Under the pieces are notes generated by a model, which was not told the origin of the DNA, did not search any database, and saw only the letters and a list, made by a program, of their open reading frames with translations. The translations under genes and the position numbers were made by a program. Positions 8,848-19,037 of a DNA stretch of 64,000 nt are shown here, piece after piece. The first letter of the stretch is position 1. Every line of letters begins with the position of its first letter. This DNA comes from an uncultured Dehalococcoidia bacterium (lineage in GTDB: Bacteria > Chloroflexota > Dehalococcoidia > Lucifugimonadales > UBA2962), in the NCBI GenBank assembly GCA_964637315.1, contig CAZWTT010000001.1, positions 6,939 through 70,938 of the forward strand, in the 5' to 3' direction.

Positions 8848-10647
8848 ATGAACGTAGCCCTCAGAATCACCCGCGCCATGCTGCGTTACCGTCTCCTCGC
8901 CGCTGCTGTTTACACCGCTACCCTCGCCGCCACCGCCGCGCAGTTGATGTTGCCGAGGTTCCTGGGAGACGCCGTCGATCGGATATCGGAGGCCGTCGCC
9001 GGAAACGGACTGGAGGAAGGGGCCGTTTTCACCATCGCGATCTGGCTGGTGGTGCTGAGCGTGCTGCGCGGGCTGTTCTCATACGGACAAACGTATTTGG
9101 GCGAGTCGGTGTCACAGCGCGTTGCTTACGACCTGCGCAACGCCTTCTACAACCGGGTGCAGAATCAGAGCTTCGCCTTCCACGACCGTCACCACACCGG
9201 CAACCTAATGTCCAGGGCGGTCACGGATGTGGAGAACGTACGCTTCTTCATCTTCATGGGCCTGCTCAGAGCGCCCTTCTTCCTCATCCAATTCGTGGCC
9301 GTGGCAGCCATTTTACTGGTGATCGACTGGCGGCTCGGCCTGCTGAGCGTGCTGCTCATGCCGATCGTGCTTTCGCTCTCGGTCGGCATGCGGGTGAGGA
9401 TGAGAGCGCTGTGGCAGCGCATACAAGAGGGGATGGCTGACCTCAGTATGGTTCTGCAGGAAAACCTGACGGGAGTGCGGGTGATCCGTGCGTTCGGCGC
9501 CGAGAGGCACGAAGAGGCCAAGTTCGACGCGGTCAACACTCAGGTCGCTGAAGACAACGTCAAGGCCACCGCACTGAGAACACAGTCCATAGCAATCACC
9601 GTATTCGGGTTCATGATTTCTATGGTCGCGATAATCGGTTACGGAGGGTTCCTCGTCGTAAGGGGCGAAATGACACCGGGCGAACTGGCCCAGTTCATCT
9701 TCTTCATGCAGATCCTGATGATGCCCGTCCGCATGGTCGGCTGGGTCATCAACACCGTCGCCCGTGGTCTCGCGGCCGGCCAACGCATGTACGAGATACT
9801 CGACGCCCCCTCCGCCGTAGCCGAGAGGCCTGGTGCTTCGGAGCTGGGCCGAGCCAAGGGCGAGGTTCGCTTCGAGGACGTCAGCTTCGGCTACGAGGGC
9901 AGCTCGCCCGCGCTGAGCGGCATCGAACTTGACGTTCAGCCTGGGCAGATAGTGGCGTTGATGGGAGCCCCGGGCTCGGGCAAGAGCACCCTGGTGAGCC
10001 TGATCCCCCGCTTCTACGACGTGGACTCTGGCCGCATCACGGTGGATGGTACCGACATAAGGGACGTGACCCTGAAATCTCTTCGTCGTAACATCGGCAT
10101 TGTGCAGCAGGACATCTTCCTGTTCTCCGCCTCCCTTGGAGAGAACATCGCCTACGGGCGCATGGACGCCAGCGTGGCTGAGCTTGGGAGGGCGGCCGAG
10201 CTCGCTAGGCTGGGAGAATTCGTGGACGGGCTTGACGCTGGCTTGGCTACACCCGTCGCCGAGAGAGGTGCGTCGCTGTCCGGCGGCCAGCGTCAGAGAG
10301 TGGCGATTGCCCGCACGTTGCTGCTCGATCCTCCGCTGCTGATACTCGACGACTCCACGTCCAGTGTGGACACCGAGACTGAGGACCAGTTGCAGCGGGC
10401 GCTGGAAACCGTTATGGAGGGCAGGACCACTTTCGTGATCGCCCACCGCCTGAGCACGGTCCATCGTGCCGACCTGATCGTCGTGTTGGACGAGGGTCGC
10501 ATAGTCGAGCGCGGCACTCACAGCGAACTGCTGGCCGCCGACGGCGCGTACAGGCGCATCTACGACATGCAGCTGCGCCCCGGTGAAGCGATGGTCGAGC
10601 AGGCTGAGCCCTCTCGACGCCCCACGCTGGGAGGTGCGCAGGCATGA
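8848..10647 (+). CDS. ABC exporter, fused permease/ATPase subunit with a degenerate Walker B (LILDD)
   Basis: Six-TM exporter domain plus NBD: Walker A GAPGSGKST, signature LSGGQRQ, Walker B LLILDDSTSSVD. Confidence 0.9.
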   Translation: MNVALRITRAMLRYRLLAAAVYTATLAATAAQLMLPRFLGDAVDRISEAVAGNGLEEGAVFTIAIWLVVLSVLRGLFSYGQTYLGESVSQRVAYDLRNAFYNRVQNQSFAFHDRHHTGNLMSRAVTDVENVRFFIFMGLLRAPFFLIQFVAVAAILLVIDWRLGLLSVLLMPIVLSLSVGMRVRMRALWQRIQEGMADLSMVLQENLTGVRVIRAFGAERHEEAKFDAVNTQVAEDNVKATALRTQSIAITVFGFMISMVAIIGYGGFLVVRGEMTPGELAQFIFFMQILMMPVRMVGWVINTVARGLAAGQRMYEILDAPSAVAERPGASELGRAKGEVRFEDVSFGYEGSSPALSGIELDVQPGQIVALMGAPGSGKSTLVSLIPRFYDVDSGRITVDGTDIRDVTLKSLRRNIGIVQQDIFLFSASLGENIAYGRMDASVAELGRAAELARLGEFVDGLDAGLATPVAERGASLSGGQRQRVAIARTLLLDPPLLILDDSTSSVDTETEDQLQRALETVMEGRTTFVIAHRLSTVHRADLIVVLDEGRIVERGTHSELLAADGAYRRIYDMQLRPGEAMVEQAEPSRRPTLGGAQA

Positions 10648-12449
10648 TGTCTGGGTGGATGCTGGGCGGCTCGACCGGCGCCCAGCGCGACGAGGAGGTA
10701 TTCGGCACCATCTACGACCCACGCGTCGTGGCTCGCATGGTGGCCTACATAAAGCCGTTCCGAAGACAGTTGATCATCGCGGTTCTGTCCATGCTCGCAT
10801 TCACCGCCTCGATGACGGCGGTGCCCTGGATCATCAAAATCGCCATCGACGACTTCATAGCCGAGGGGAACCTAGGCGGCCTGTGGTGGGTGGTGGGCGT
10901 GTTTGTGGGTATCGCCGTGGTCAACTGGGCGGCTAACTACACCCAGCAGATCGCGATGGAACGGGTCGGCCAAGGCCTACTCTACGGCCTGCGGCGGGAC
11001 ATGTTCGCCCACCTGCAAAGGCAGTCGGTCTCGTTCTTCGACCGCACCGAGACGGGTCGCTTGATTTCGCGAGTCATCGGTGACGTAGGCCAGATGCAAG
11101 AGATGACGTCCATTGTGGTGATGACCCTCGCCGACCTCGTGGGCTTGGTGTTTATTGTGGGAGCGGTACTGGCACTGGACGTTAGACTCGGCCTCATATC
11201 CATGGCGACCTTACCCGCGCTTGCCCTCGTCGTTATCGTCTGGCAACCATTCGCCAAGCGCGAGTTCCTCAAGGTCCGTCGCGCCATCTCCATAGTCAAC
11301 GCCGATCTCAACGAGAACATATCCGGCGTGCGGGTGGTGCAGGCGATGAACCGGCAGGCGACCAATCTAAGCCGGTTCGAGGGCAAGAACCGTGACCACT
11401 TGGAGGCCAACATGGTCGCCAGCAAGTGGTCGGCGGGACTCTTGCCGTCCGTGGACATACTTACCGGGGTGGCCATGGGGCTGATCGTCTTTTTCGGCGG
11501 CAGGATGGTCTCCGACGGGGGGATCGAAGTGGGGGCGCTGATCGCCTACGTGCTTTACATCCAGCGCTTTTTCGACCCCGTGCGCAACCTGACCATGCAG
11601 TACACACAGCTGCAGCGGGCGATGACCTCCGGGGCCCGTATCTTCGACCTGCTGGATGCCGAACCGGAGCTGGCCGACGCGCCGGGAGCTCTCGTGCTTC
11701 CGCCTATCGAAGGCCGTGTCGAGTTCAAGAAGGTCGGCTTTTCATACCAACCCGGCGTCGATGTTCTGACCGATGTCAGCTTCATCGCCGAGCCCGGCGA
11801 GACCATCGCCATCGCCGGACCGTCCGGCGCGGGCAAGACCACGATGGTCTCGCTGCTCTCGCGCTTCGCCGACGTCGAGAGAGGACGAGGCGGCATCGAG
11901 ATCGACGGCCATGACGTGAGGGACGTCACCCGCGCCTCCCTAGTTACCCAGATGAGCATGGTGTTGCAGGAGCCCTTCCTGTTTTCCGGCACCGTGGGAG
12001 ACAACATCAAGTTCAACCACCAGGACGTTTCCGACGACCAGATGGTCGAGGCGGCGCGTGCGGTCGGTGCACACGAGTTCATATCCGCGTTGTCGCAGGG
12101 ATATGACACGGAAGTTGCCGAGATGGGCATTACCCTGAGCCTGGGGCAGCGCCAGCTTGTCAGCTTTGCCCGTGCCGTAGTGGCCGACCCCCGCATCCTG
12201 ATACTGGACGAGGCGACCGCCTCTGTGGACAGCGAGACCGAGGCTCAGATCCAGTGTGCACTCGGAGTGGTGCTCGAGGGAAGGACGGCGATCGTGATCG
12301 CTCACCGCCTGAGCACCGTCAGGGATGCCGACCGGATTATCGTCATGGACGGCGGCAGGCTTGTGGAGGATGGCGACCACGAGAGTCTGGTCGCCGCCAA
12401 CGGCCTGTACGCTCACCTTTACGAGGTGAATCGACTGCTTCCAGCGTAG
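10644..12449 (+). CDS. ABC exporter, fused permease/ATPase subunit with a degenerate signature (LSLGQ)
   Basis: ATGA overlap with the upstream subunit. Walker A GPSGAGKTT, signature LSLGQRQ, Walker B ILILDEATASVD. Confidence 0.9.
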   Translation: MMSGWMLGGSTGAQRDEEVFGTIYDPRVVARMVAYIKPFRRQLIIAVLSMLAFTASMTAVPWIIKIAIDDFIAEGNLGGLWWVVGVFVGIAVVNWAANYTQQIAMERVGQGLLYGLRRDMFAHLQRQSVSFFDRTETGRLISRVIGDVGQMQEMTSIVVMTLADLVGLVFIVGAVLALDVRLGLISMATLPALALVVIVWQPFAKREFLKVRRAISIVNADLNENISGVRVVQAMNRQATNLSRFEGKNRDHLEANMVASKWSAGLLPSVDILTGVAMGLIVFFGGRMVSDGGIEVGALIAYVLYIQRFFDPVRNLTMQYTQLQRAMTSGARIFDLLDAEPELADAPGALVLPPIEGRVEFKKVGFSYQPGVDVLTDVSFIAEPGETIAIAGPSGAGKTTMVSLLSRFADVERGRGGIEIDGHDVRDVTRASLVTQMSMVLQEPFLFSGTVGDNIKFNHQDVSDDQMVEAARAVGAHEFISALSQGYDTEVAEMGITLSLGQRQLVSFARAVVADPRILILDEATASVDSETEAQIQCALGVVLEGRTAIVIAHRLSTVRDADRIIVMDGGRLVEDGDHESLVAANGLYAHLYEVNRLLPA

Positions 12450-12480
12450 CGTCAGGAGCCGTTTGGAGCGCCCTCTCCAG

Positions 12481-12489
12481 TGCTATAAT
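12481..12489 (+). promoter_or_regulatory. Extended -10 promoter element TGcTATAAT
   Basis: Perfect TGnTATAAT 29 nt upstream of ATG 12518, followed by SD GAGGAG (12505-12510). Confidence 0.4.
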
Positions 12490-12517
12490 CCCGGCCACGA
12501 ACGCGAGGAGAGCAAAT

Positions 12518-13804
12518 ATGTCCACCATTACCGAACGCTTTGTTGAGCTCCACCCAACGTCCGCTTCCCTGGCCGAGCGGGGTCGCCGCCTGTTTTCGGA
12601 CGGCGTTACCCACGACATCCGTCGATTCGACCCGTTCACCATGTACATGGACCACGGCTCCGGCCCGCGCAAGTGGGACGTGGACGGCAACGAGTACATC
12701 GACTACCGTACCGGCCACGGCTCCATGATCCTGGGTCAAGCCAATCCCAAAATCGTGGCGGCCGTGTCAGAAGCCATTTCCAAGGGCACCCACCTATCGG
12801 CCTCCTCCGAGATGGAGGTCAAGTGGGGCGAACTGGTTGCCGAGCTGGTGCCCTCGGCCGAGAAGATGCGCTTCCATAGCTCCGGCACCGAGGCCGTGAT
12901 GATGGCCTTCCGCATGGCCCGGACCTTCACGGGCAAAGAGAAGATCATCAAGTTCCAGAACGCCTTCCACGGTTGGGCGGACAACCCCTATGTGGGCACC
13001 GACACCGACCTTGGCAACAATGGAATCCCCCAGGGCGTGCGGGAAACCATGATCATGATCGACTACAATCTCGACCAGGTCGAAGACGCCCTCAAGACGC
13101 ACGATGACGTCGCCGCGCTGATCTACCAGGGCAACGTCATCGTCCGGCCGGAGTTCATTGGGGCCCTGCGTGCGCTGACGACCCGTTACGGTGTCCTGTT
13201 CATCATGGACGAGGTCGTCTCCGGGTTCCGCTGGTCGCTGGGCGGCAACCAGGGGCGAAACAACGTAACCCCCGACCTGACGACCATGGCTAAGATACTG
13301 GCCGGTGGGCTTCCCGGTGGTGCTGTGGCCGGTCGCGCCGATGTCGTCGACACCATCGGCAAGGGCAAGATCGCCCACCCCGGCACCTTCAACGCCAACC
13401 CACTGTCGGCGACTGCCGGCATGACCGCGCTCCAGATCGTGCGTGACGAGCCCATAATCGAGACGGCCGATGCCCGGGCCGAGCGCCTCAAGGCCGGGTT
13501 GAACGAAGTGTTGACGAGAGTCGAAGTGCCCGGTTATGCATACGGCGTGTCCTCGATTGTCAACACCAAGCTCGGCGTCGACCAGTCCTTCGACCCGGAG
13601 TTCGGAGGTATCGATGAAGCATCCGGCACGCCCTTCTCCGGTGCGGTGCACTCGATCCTCAACCAGGGCATGATCAATAACGGTGTCTACTGTTCCGTCG
13701 GCAGTTTCATCCTATCTGCCACTCACACTGAGGAAGATGTCGACCGCACGATCGACGCCTTCGAGACGACCCTGAGACAGGCCCGCGAAGAGGGCTTGAT
13801 CTAA
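12518..13804 (+). CDS. Class III (GSA-aminomutase-like) PLP aminotransferase
   Basis: ATG 12518 with an SD. N-terminus …SASLAERGRRLFSDGVTHD… and …DEVVSGFR…GGNQ…PDLTTMAKILAGGLP (PLP-Lys region). Confidence 0.85.
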   Translation: MSTITERFVELHPTSASLAERGRRLFSDGVTHDIRRFDPFTMYMDHGSGPRKWDVDGNEYIDYRTGHGSMILGQANPKIVAAVSEAISKGTHLSASSEMEVKWGELVAELVPSAEKMRFHSSGTEAVMMAFRMARTFTGKEKIIKFQNAFHGWADNPYVGTDTDLGNNGIPQGVRETMIMIDYNLDQVEDALKTHDDVAALIYQGNVIVRPEFIGALRALTTRYGVLFIMDEVVSGFRWSLGGNQGRNNVTPDLTTMAKILAGGLPGGAVAGRADVVDTIGKGKIAHPGTFNANPLSATAGMTALQIVRDEPIIETADARAERLKAGLNEVLTRVEVPGYAYGVSSIVNTKLGVDQSFDPEFGGIDEASGTPFSGAVHSILNQGMINNGVYCSVGSFILSATHTEEDVDRTIDAFETTLRQAREEGLI

Positions 13805-13809
13805 CCGGC

Positions 13810-15411
13810 GTGACCGTCTCCTTCCACAACCTGAATCCGGTCTCTTTCCTGGACCGCAGCGCCATGGTATATCCGAATAAAACTGCCGTGGTGTACAAGG
13901 ACGTCCAGTTCACCTACGCTGAATTCGACGATCGGGTAAACCGGCTGGCGGGTGCCCTGAAGGTCGCCGGTGTGAGCAAGGGCGATAGGGTCGGGTTCTT
14001 GTGCCCCAACATACCGGCCATGCTAGAGGGCCATTATGGACCTATGCGCCTGGGCGCTGTGCTCGTGGCCATCAACTTCCGCCTCTCGGCCCGCGAGATC
14101 GCCTATATCCTCAACCACTCCGGCGCCAAGGTTCTGGTCTTCGACTCTGAATTCGCCCCACAGGTGCGGGATATGAAAGACGACCTGGAGGCGGTCACGA
14201 CCTTCGTCCAGGTGGTGGATGAGGCGCCGCGTGCACTGGACATCCCGGGCCCGGACTATGAGTCGTTCCTCGCAGACGCACCCCCCGGTATTCATTACGA
14301 CGAGCTGGACTCGGAGCTGGACACGGTTGCGATTAACTACACCTCCGGCACGACCGGTCTCCCGAAAGGGGTCGAGTACCACGCCCGCGGCGCCTACCTC
14401 AACGGCCTCGGTGAAACACTCGAGATGGGCCTGAACTGGCGGAGCGTATACCTGTGGACCTTGCCGATGTTCCACTGCAATGGCTGGTGTTATACGTGGG
14501 GAGTCACGGCCGTGGGAGGGACGCACGTCTGCCTGCGTCGGGTGGACCCGGAGACCATATTCCGCCTGGTGCGGGACGAGGGCGTCACGCACATGTGCGG
14601 CGCACCCACGGTGCTTACCGGCATGTACGCGTCACCGACTGCCGAGGACCAGGACCTTTCGGGCCTGACGATTATGACCGGCGGGGCGCCGCCGGCCCCC
14701 CAGGTCATCCGCACGATCGAGGGCATGGGGGCCTTCATCCACCACATCTACGGTCTGACCGAGACCTACGGCCCTCACACCATCTACGCCATCCAGCCCG
14801 GCTGGGAGGCGCTGCCGGTGGCCGAGCGAGCCCGGCTCAAAGCGCGCCAGGGAGTGCCGTTCATCGTCGCCCAGACGGGCCTGCGCGTGGTCGACGAGAA
14901 CATGGCCGACGTGCCTCGTGACGGCGCGACCATGGGTGAGGTGGTCATGCAGGGGAACAACGTCGCCACCGGCTACTACGAAAACCCCGATGCCACGGCC
15001 GAGTCCTTCAGGGGTGGCTGGTTCCACTCCGGCGACCTGGCCGTGTGGCACCCGGACGGTTACATAGAGCTACAGGATCGGGCCAAGGACATCATCATCT
15101 CCGGTGGCGAGAACATCTCCAGTCAGGAGGTGGAAAAAGTCATCATGGAGCATCCCAGCGTCCTGGAGGTCTGCGTGGTGGGCGTCCCGGACGAGCAGTG
15201 GGGAGAGGCACCAAAGGCATTTGTGGTACTCCGGTCTGGCGCTGAGTTGGACGAGACGGAGTTGATCGAGTTTTGTCGGGAGCGTATCGCCCACTTCAAG
15301 GCCCCGAAGCACGTGGAGTTCGGGGACCTGCCCAAGACCGCCACCGGCAAGATTCAGAAGTACGTGTTGCGCGAGCGCGAGTGGCAGGGCGTCACCAAGC
15401 GAATTAACTAG
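13810..15411 (+). CDS. AMP-dependent acyl-CoA synthetase/ligase
   Basis: AMP-binding motif YTSGTTGLPKGV; C-terminal …GWFHSGDLAV…DRAKDIIISGGENIS…PKTATGKIQK. Confidence 0.85.
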   Translation: MTVSFHNLNPVSFLDRSAMVYPNKTAVVYKDVQFTYAEFDDRVNRLAGALKVAGVSKGDRVGFLCPNIPAMLEGHYGPMRLGAVLVAINFRLSAREIAYILNHSGAKVLVFDSEFAPQVRDMKDDLEAVTTFVQVVDEAPRALDIPGPDYESFLADAPPGIHYDELDSELDTVAINYTSGTTGLPKGVEYHARGAYLNGLGETLEMGLNWRSVYLWTLPMFHCNGWCYTWGVTAVGGTHVCLRRVDPETIFRLVRDEGVTHMCGAPTVLTGMYASPTAEDQDLSGLTIMTGGAPPAPQVIRTIEGMGAFIHHIYGLTETYGPHTIYAIQPGWEALPVAERARLKARQGVPFIVAQTGLRVVDENMADVPRDGATMGEVVMQGNNVATGYYENPDATAESFRGGWFHSGDLAVWHPDGYIELQDRAKDIIISGGENISSQEVEKVIMEHPSVLEVCVVGVPDEQWGEAPKAFVVLRSGAELDETELIEFCRERIAHFKAPKHVEFGDLPKTATGKIQKYVLREREWQGVTKRIN

Positions 15412-15456
15412 GCCGCTCGCATGCCTCGATCGGGGTCGTTAGGGAGACGGTATCCC

Positions 15457-15888
15457 CTACTTGAAAAAGCCCTTGATGCGGTCGGTGAGCGACCGGCTGC
15501 CCCCTCGGACACTCTTGTCCCAGGCCACCTGCGCCGACCCGGACCGCTTCAGGTCCTTAACCCGCTTGCGCATGAGTTCCAGGACCTGGTTCTCTTCCCC
15601 GGGGTCGAGCCAGAAGCCGTGCTCGTCGGGGCATAAGTCGATGGGCAGGTTGTAAGCTCGGTAGTTGAATGTCGTCATCTGCCTGCCACACTTGACGCAG
15701 TCGATGTCGCTTTCCCGCTGGGCGTACATGCGGGTGCCCTTGCGGTGGCCGCTGCCAAAGGCCTGGTCTTCCAGTTCGTCAAGCTCGTGATGGTCGAGCC
15801 ACCTACCCTTGCAGGCCGGGCACTCATCTACTTCAATGCCCTTGTAGTTCTTGACCTCAAGGGCGGCGTTGTCTCGGGGACAGTTCAT
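15457..15888 (-). CDS. Zinc-ribbon (zf-TFIIB-type) domain protein, two repeats
   Basis: MNCPRD…ECPACKGRWLDHHELD and CVKCGRQM…LCPDEHGFWLDPGE: duplicated CxxC…CxxC ribbons. Confidence 0.6.
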   Translation of the reverse strand: MNCPRDNAALEVKNYKGIEVDECPACKGRWLDHHELDELEDQAFGSGHRKGTRMYAQRESDIDCVKCGRQMTTFNYRAYNLPIDLCPDEHGFWLDPGEENQVLELMRKRVKDLKRSGSAQVAWDKSVRGGSRSLTDRIKGFFK

Positions 15889-15952
15889 GGGACTCCTCGT
15901 CGCCTGAATCTACGTTAGCACGAGCGGTCCGGATGGGGCCCGGTTCTGGCGG

Positions 15953-17236
15953 CTAGACGCCGCGGGTCTCTATCGCCTCGGCGACCTTGCTAACCGCCAG
16001 AAGCATCGCTCCCGAACGCATGTCGGTGGCGTGCTTTTGGGAGATCTCCCGGACCTCCTCGAAGGACCGGGTGAGGATCCGCTCCATCCTGGTGTTGACC
16101 TCTTGCAACTCCCAGGCGTAGCCTTGGAGGTTCTGCAACCACTCGAAGTAGGACACGACGACGCCGCCTGCGTTGGCCAGGATGTCCGGCACCACTAGGA
16201 TGCCCCTGTCCTTGAGTATGGGCTCGGCCTCGTGGGTCGTCGGGCCGTTGGCCCCCTCGACCAGGACCCTGGCCTTGATCGAGTCGGCGTTGCCCTCGTT
16301 GATCTGCCCCTCGAGTGCGGCAGGCACTAGGATGTCCAAGTCCAGGCCGGGAATGTCGTCCGGCGACAGGAAGTCGGCGTATGGGTAGTCCTTGAAGGAG
16401 CGGTTCTGTTGCTTGTATTCAAGTAGGCCGTCGGCGTCCATGCCGTTTGCCGAGTAGACGGCGCTGGTGCTGTCCGAGACGGCCACCAACCTCGCCCCCT
16501 CCTTGGCCAGCAGGTGCGCGGCCCAGTACCCGACGTTGCCGTACCCAATCACCCCGACACGAGCGTCGTCGAGCGCCATGCTCATGTGGCTGGCCGCCTG
16601 TTTGGACGCCACCAGCACACCTCGGCCCGTCGCCTCGGTACGGCCCAGCGAGCCGCCCAGATGGACCGGCTTGCCCGTAACCGTGGCGTAGCTGGGCGCC
16701 CCACGGCCCGGGCTGAGAGCGTCCATGAACCAGGCCATTGTCTGCGGGGTGGTGTTGACGTCGGGGGCCGGGATGTCCTGATCGGACCCGATTATCGGAG
16801 CGATCTCCCTGGCGTAGGAGCGGGTCAGCCTTTCCAGTTCCCCCTGCGACATCTGCTTTGGGTTGCAGGCGACACCTCCTTTGGCCCCTCCGTATGGGAT
16901 GCCGGTGATCGCGCCTTTCCAGGTCATCCACATGGCCAGAGCGCGAACCTCGTCCAGGGACACGTCCGGGTGGTATCTGAAGCCGCCCTTGGCCGGCCCC
17001 CTAGCCAGGCTGTGCTGGACGCGGTGGCCGGTGAATATCTCCATGCTGCCATCGTCCATTCTGACCGGGAGGCTGACGGTCAATTCCCGTCTCGGCTGCC
17101 GCAGCCGCGCGTGCACCCCGGGATCGATGCCCAGCCGCTCGGCGGCGTCGTCAAGCTGGTGAACGGCACGTCTGTAGACGGACTCGTGCTCGGAAGCCTG
17201 TTCCACTATCGTCTCGATCCTAGGTTTCGTGGCCAT
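15953..17236 (-). CDS. gdhA: Glu/Leu/Phe/Val-family dehydrogenase (glutamate dehydrogenase)
   Basis: 427 aa with the catalytic-Lys region GPAKGGFRYHP and …IPYGGAKGGV…, plus the NAD-binding motif GYGNVGYWAA. Confidence 0.9.
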   Translation of the reverse strand: MATKPRIETIVEQASEHESVYRRAVHQLDDAAERLGIDPGVHARLRQPRRELTVSLPVRMDDGSMEIFTGHRVQHSLARGPAKGGFRYHPDVSLDEVRALAMWMTWKGAITGIPYGGAKGGVACNPKQMSQGELERLTRSYAREIAPIIGSDQDIPAPDVNTTPQTMAWFMDALSPGRGAPSYATVTGKPVHLGGSLGRTEATGRGVLVASKQAASHMSMALDDARVGVIGYGNVGYWAAHLLAKEGARLVAVSDSTSAVYSANGMDADGLLEYKQQNRSFKDYPYADFLSPDDIPGLDLDILVPAALEGQINEGNADSIKARVLVEGANGPTTHEAEPILKDRGILVVPDILANAGGVVVSYFEWLQNLQGYAWELQEVNTRMERILTRSFEEVREISQKHATDMRSGAMLLAVSKVAEAIETRGV

Positions 17237-17306
17237 TTCTACCTCGGGTAGGATTGTGCTGCACTTTAGCTAATCTGATGCGGTCCGACGTCAAACCGAA
17301 CCATGC

Positions 17307-18167
17307 TCATGAACCCAGACGTTGGATGATAGTGCTGATCGTGCTGTCGCCCAGTCCCGGAGCCTGAGACTCGGCAAAGACCTTCAGGTCGGACAGCGCC
17401 TGCGCCCGGTTACCCAGCTTGAAGTGGACCAGACCCCTGTCCCGGCGCTCTTCCGGCGAAATTGGGTGCATCGCCACCAGCATGTCCATGACGCTGACGG
17501 CGCGGCCGAAGTCCTGGAACCGCAGGTGAATGCCTTTGAGGTTCCGCAGCATTCGGGTCACGAAGTCCCTATTGGTGACGGGAGTCAGGTAGGAGTCGTC
17601 CCAGGCGACCTCGCCACCAGTGGGGCTATTCATAGGCGCGTCGGCCATCATGCGGGCGAAGAGCGCCTTTGCCTCCTCCCGTGAAATCAGGGTGCCGCTG
17701 TGGAACGGGTCGATGTAGTGGTCGTCGATGCCGCTGTGGCCGACGAGGAAATGCCCCGGCATGCCGATGCCCACCAGCGGCACCTCGGCACGCCGGCCGA
17801 CCTCGATGTAGATCAGTGAGAGGCTGATGGGGATGCCTGTGTGGCGGTCGAGTACGTCGTTGATGTAGCTGTTGCGAGCGTCGTAATAGTTGTCGTGGTT
17901 GCCGGAGAAGCGCAGGTCGTCGGCCAGCCATCGGCTGATAACGTTCATCCTGTGTAGTGCCCCTTCGTCGCCGTCCTCCTCGATGCGCTGACGGACCACC
18001 GCCGCCATGCCGTCCAGCGCTTCCAGTTCGGACTCCCCTTCGAGATCCGGGTACTCCGACTGGGCGATGAAGAGGGCGGCGACCGCCAGGTCGATGTCCT
18101 CGTCCGGCATGTGTCCAAGCCGCTCGAAGTCGGCGGTCCAGGCCGGTTCTCTGGTTACGCGGTCCAA
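17307..18167 (-). CDS. SirB1/transglutaminase-like plus TPR family protein
   Basis: N-terminus …EDIDLAVAALFIAQSEYPDL…, core …RHTGIPISLSLIYIEVGRR…GMPGHFLV, and a C-terminal TPR-like repeat. Confidence 0.6.
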   Translation of the reverse strand: MDRVTREPAWTADFERLGHMPDEDIDLAVAALFIAQSEYPDLEGESELEALDGMAAVVRQRIEEDGDEGALHRMNVISRWLADDLRFSGNHDNYYDARNSYINDVLDRHTGIPISLSLIYIEVGRRAEVPLVGIGMPGHFLVGHSGIDDHYIDPFHSGTLISREEAKALFARMMADAPMNSPTGGEVAWDDSYLTPVTNRDFVTRMLRNLKGIHLRFQDFGRAVSVMDMLVAMHPISPEERRDRGLVHFKLGNRAQALSDLKVFAESQAPGLGDSTISTIIQRLGS

Positions 18168-18215
18168 CTTCAGTCGTCTCTCAGTCGTCCGTCGATTTGG
18201 CCATGGGGCAAGAGG

Positions 18216-19037
18216 TCAGATGCCGAGGCAGTCGGCAAACCCCTCCCTGTACGTGGGGAAGCGGTACCCGCCGTCCAGGAGCCCTGCTGTGTACCTGCTG
18301 ACGACCCGGCGGCCGACCGGCTGAGCTGTGCGCCATTCGCCGGGCACCGTGAAGCCCAGTACGGTTTCGAGGTGTCCGAACGTCTCACGGTTGGAGGAAG
18401 ACCGTTCGTCCACGGCATTCACCGTGGCTGTGCCTATGTCGGCGCCGGCGGCGCCGAAGGCCAGTATCAGCCTGCAAAGGTCGTGGACGTGTATCCGCGT
18501 CACCATTCGGTTTCCGGAACCGGCTCTGGAGAAGTCGCCGTCGCGAAAGCGCGTCGCGACGCACCTGCCCGGGCCGTAGATGCCTCCGCACCTGAGTATT
18601 CGCGCCTCAGCGTAAGTAGAGATGATGGCTTGTTCAAGCACTAGACGGTCCTTGGCGCGATCAGAATTTGGACCGGTGGGTGTGTCCTCGTCTTGAGTCG
18701 GCAGGCCGTCTTCGCACTCGGCGGTGAAATTGGAAGGGTAGACTGATGTCGTCGAAAGGTGCAGAAACACGGGCCGATCGGGGCCGTCCATCAACGGCGC
18801 CAGAGCAGAGCGGTAGGGAAGTCGGATCTTCCCGTCTCGCTTCACCGTCGGCACCGTGTCGAGCACCAGGTCGATCGTGACGTCGGCTGCCACGGTGCCC
18901 CCGGCCGGCTGGAAGACACGAAGGCCCCCGGTAATTAGCCGCTCCGGGTTGCGGGTCAGGAACGTCACGTCCACCTCGTGAAAGTTGTGAGCGAGGTAAG
19001 TGCTAGTATAGCCGCCACCCAGGCACAGGACTCTCAT
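18216..19037 (-). CDS. NAD(P)-binding Rossmann-fold protein (atypical SDR/epimerase-like)
   Basis: Start MRVLCLGGGYTS at ATG 19037, which overlaps the upstream stop (ATGA). The rest of the 369-aa ORF upstream is Arg/Pro-rich and looks non-coding. Confidence 0.6.
   Translation of the reverse strand: MRVLCLGGGYTSTYLAHNFHEVDVTFLTRNPERLITGGLRVFQPAGGTVAADVTIDLVLDTVPTVKRDGKIRLPYRSALAPLMDGPDRPVFLHLSTTSVYPSNFTAECEDGLPTQDEDTPTGPNSDRAKDRLVLEQAIISTYAEARILRCGGIYGPGRCVATRFRDGDFSRAGSGNRMVTRIHVHDLCRLILAFGAAGADIGTATVNAVDERSSSNRETFGHLETVLGFTVPGEWRTAQPVGRRVVSRYTAGLLDGGYRFPTYREGFADCLGI

Noticed and set aside
9313-10722. Very long antisense or alternative-frame ORFs. Examples are 9313-10722(-), 42011-43546(-), 22851-24020(-), 26680-27723(-), 40521-41375(-), 12794-13651(-) and 37823-38656(-).
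   Set aside because: They overlap genes that have clear family-level homology on the other strand. Their products are Arg/Gly/Pro/His-rich with no recognisable motifs, which is the typical shadow-ORF pattern in GC-rich DNA.
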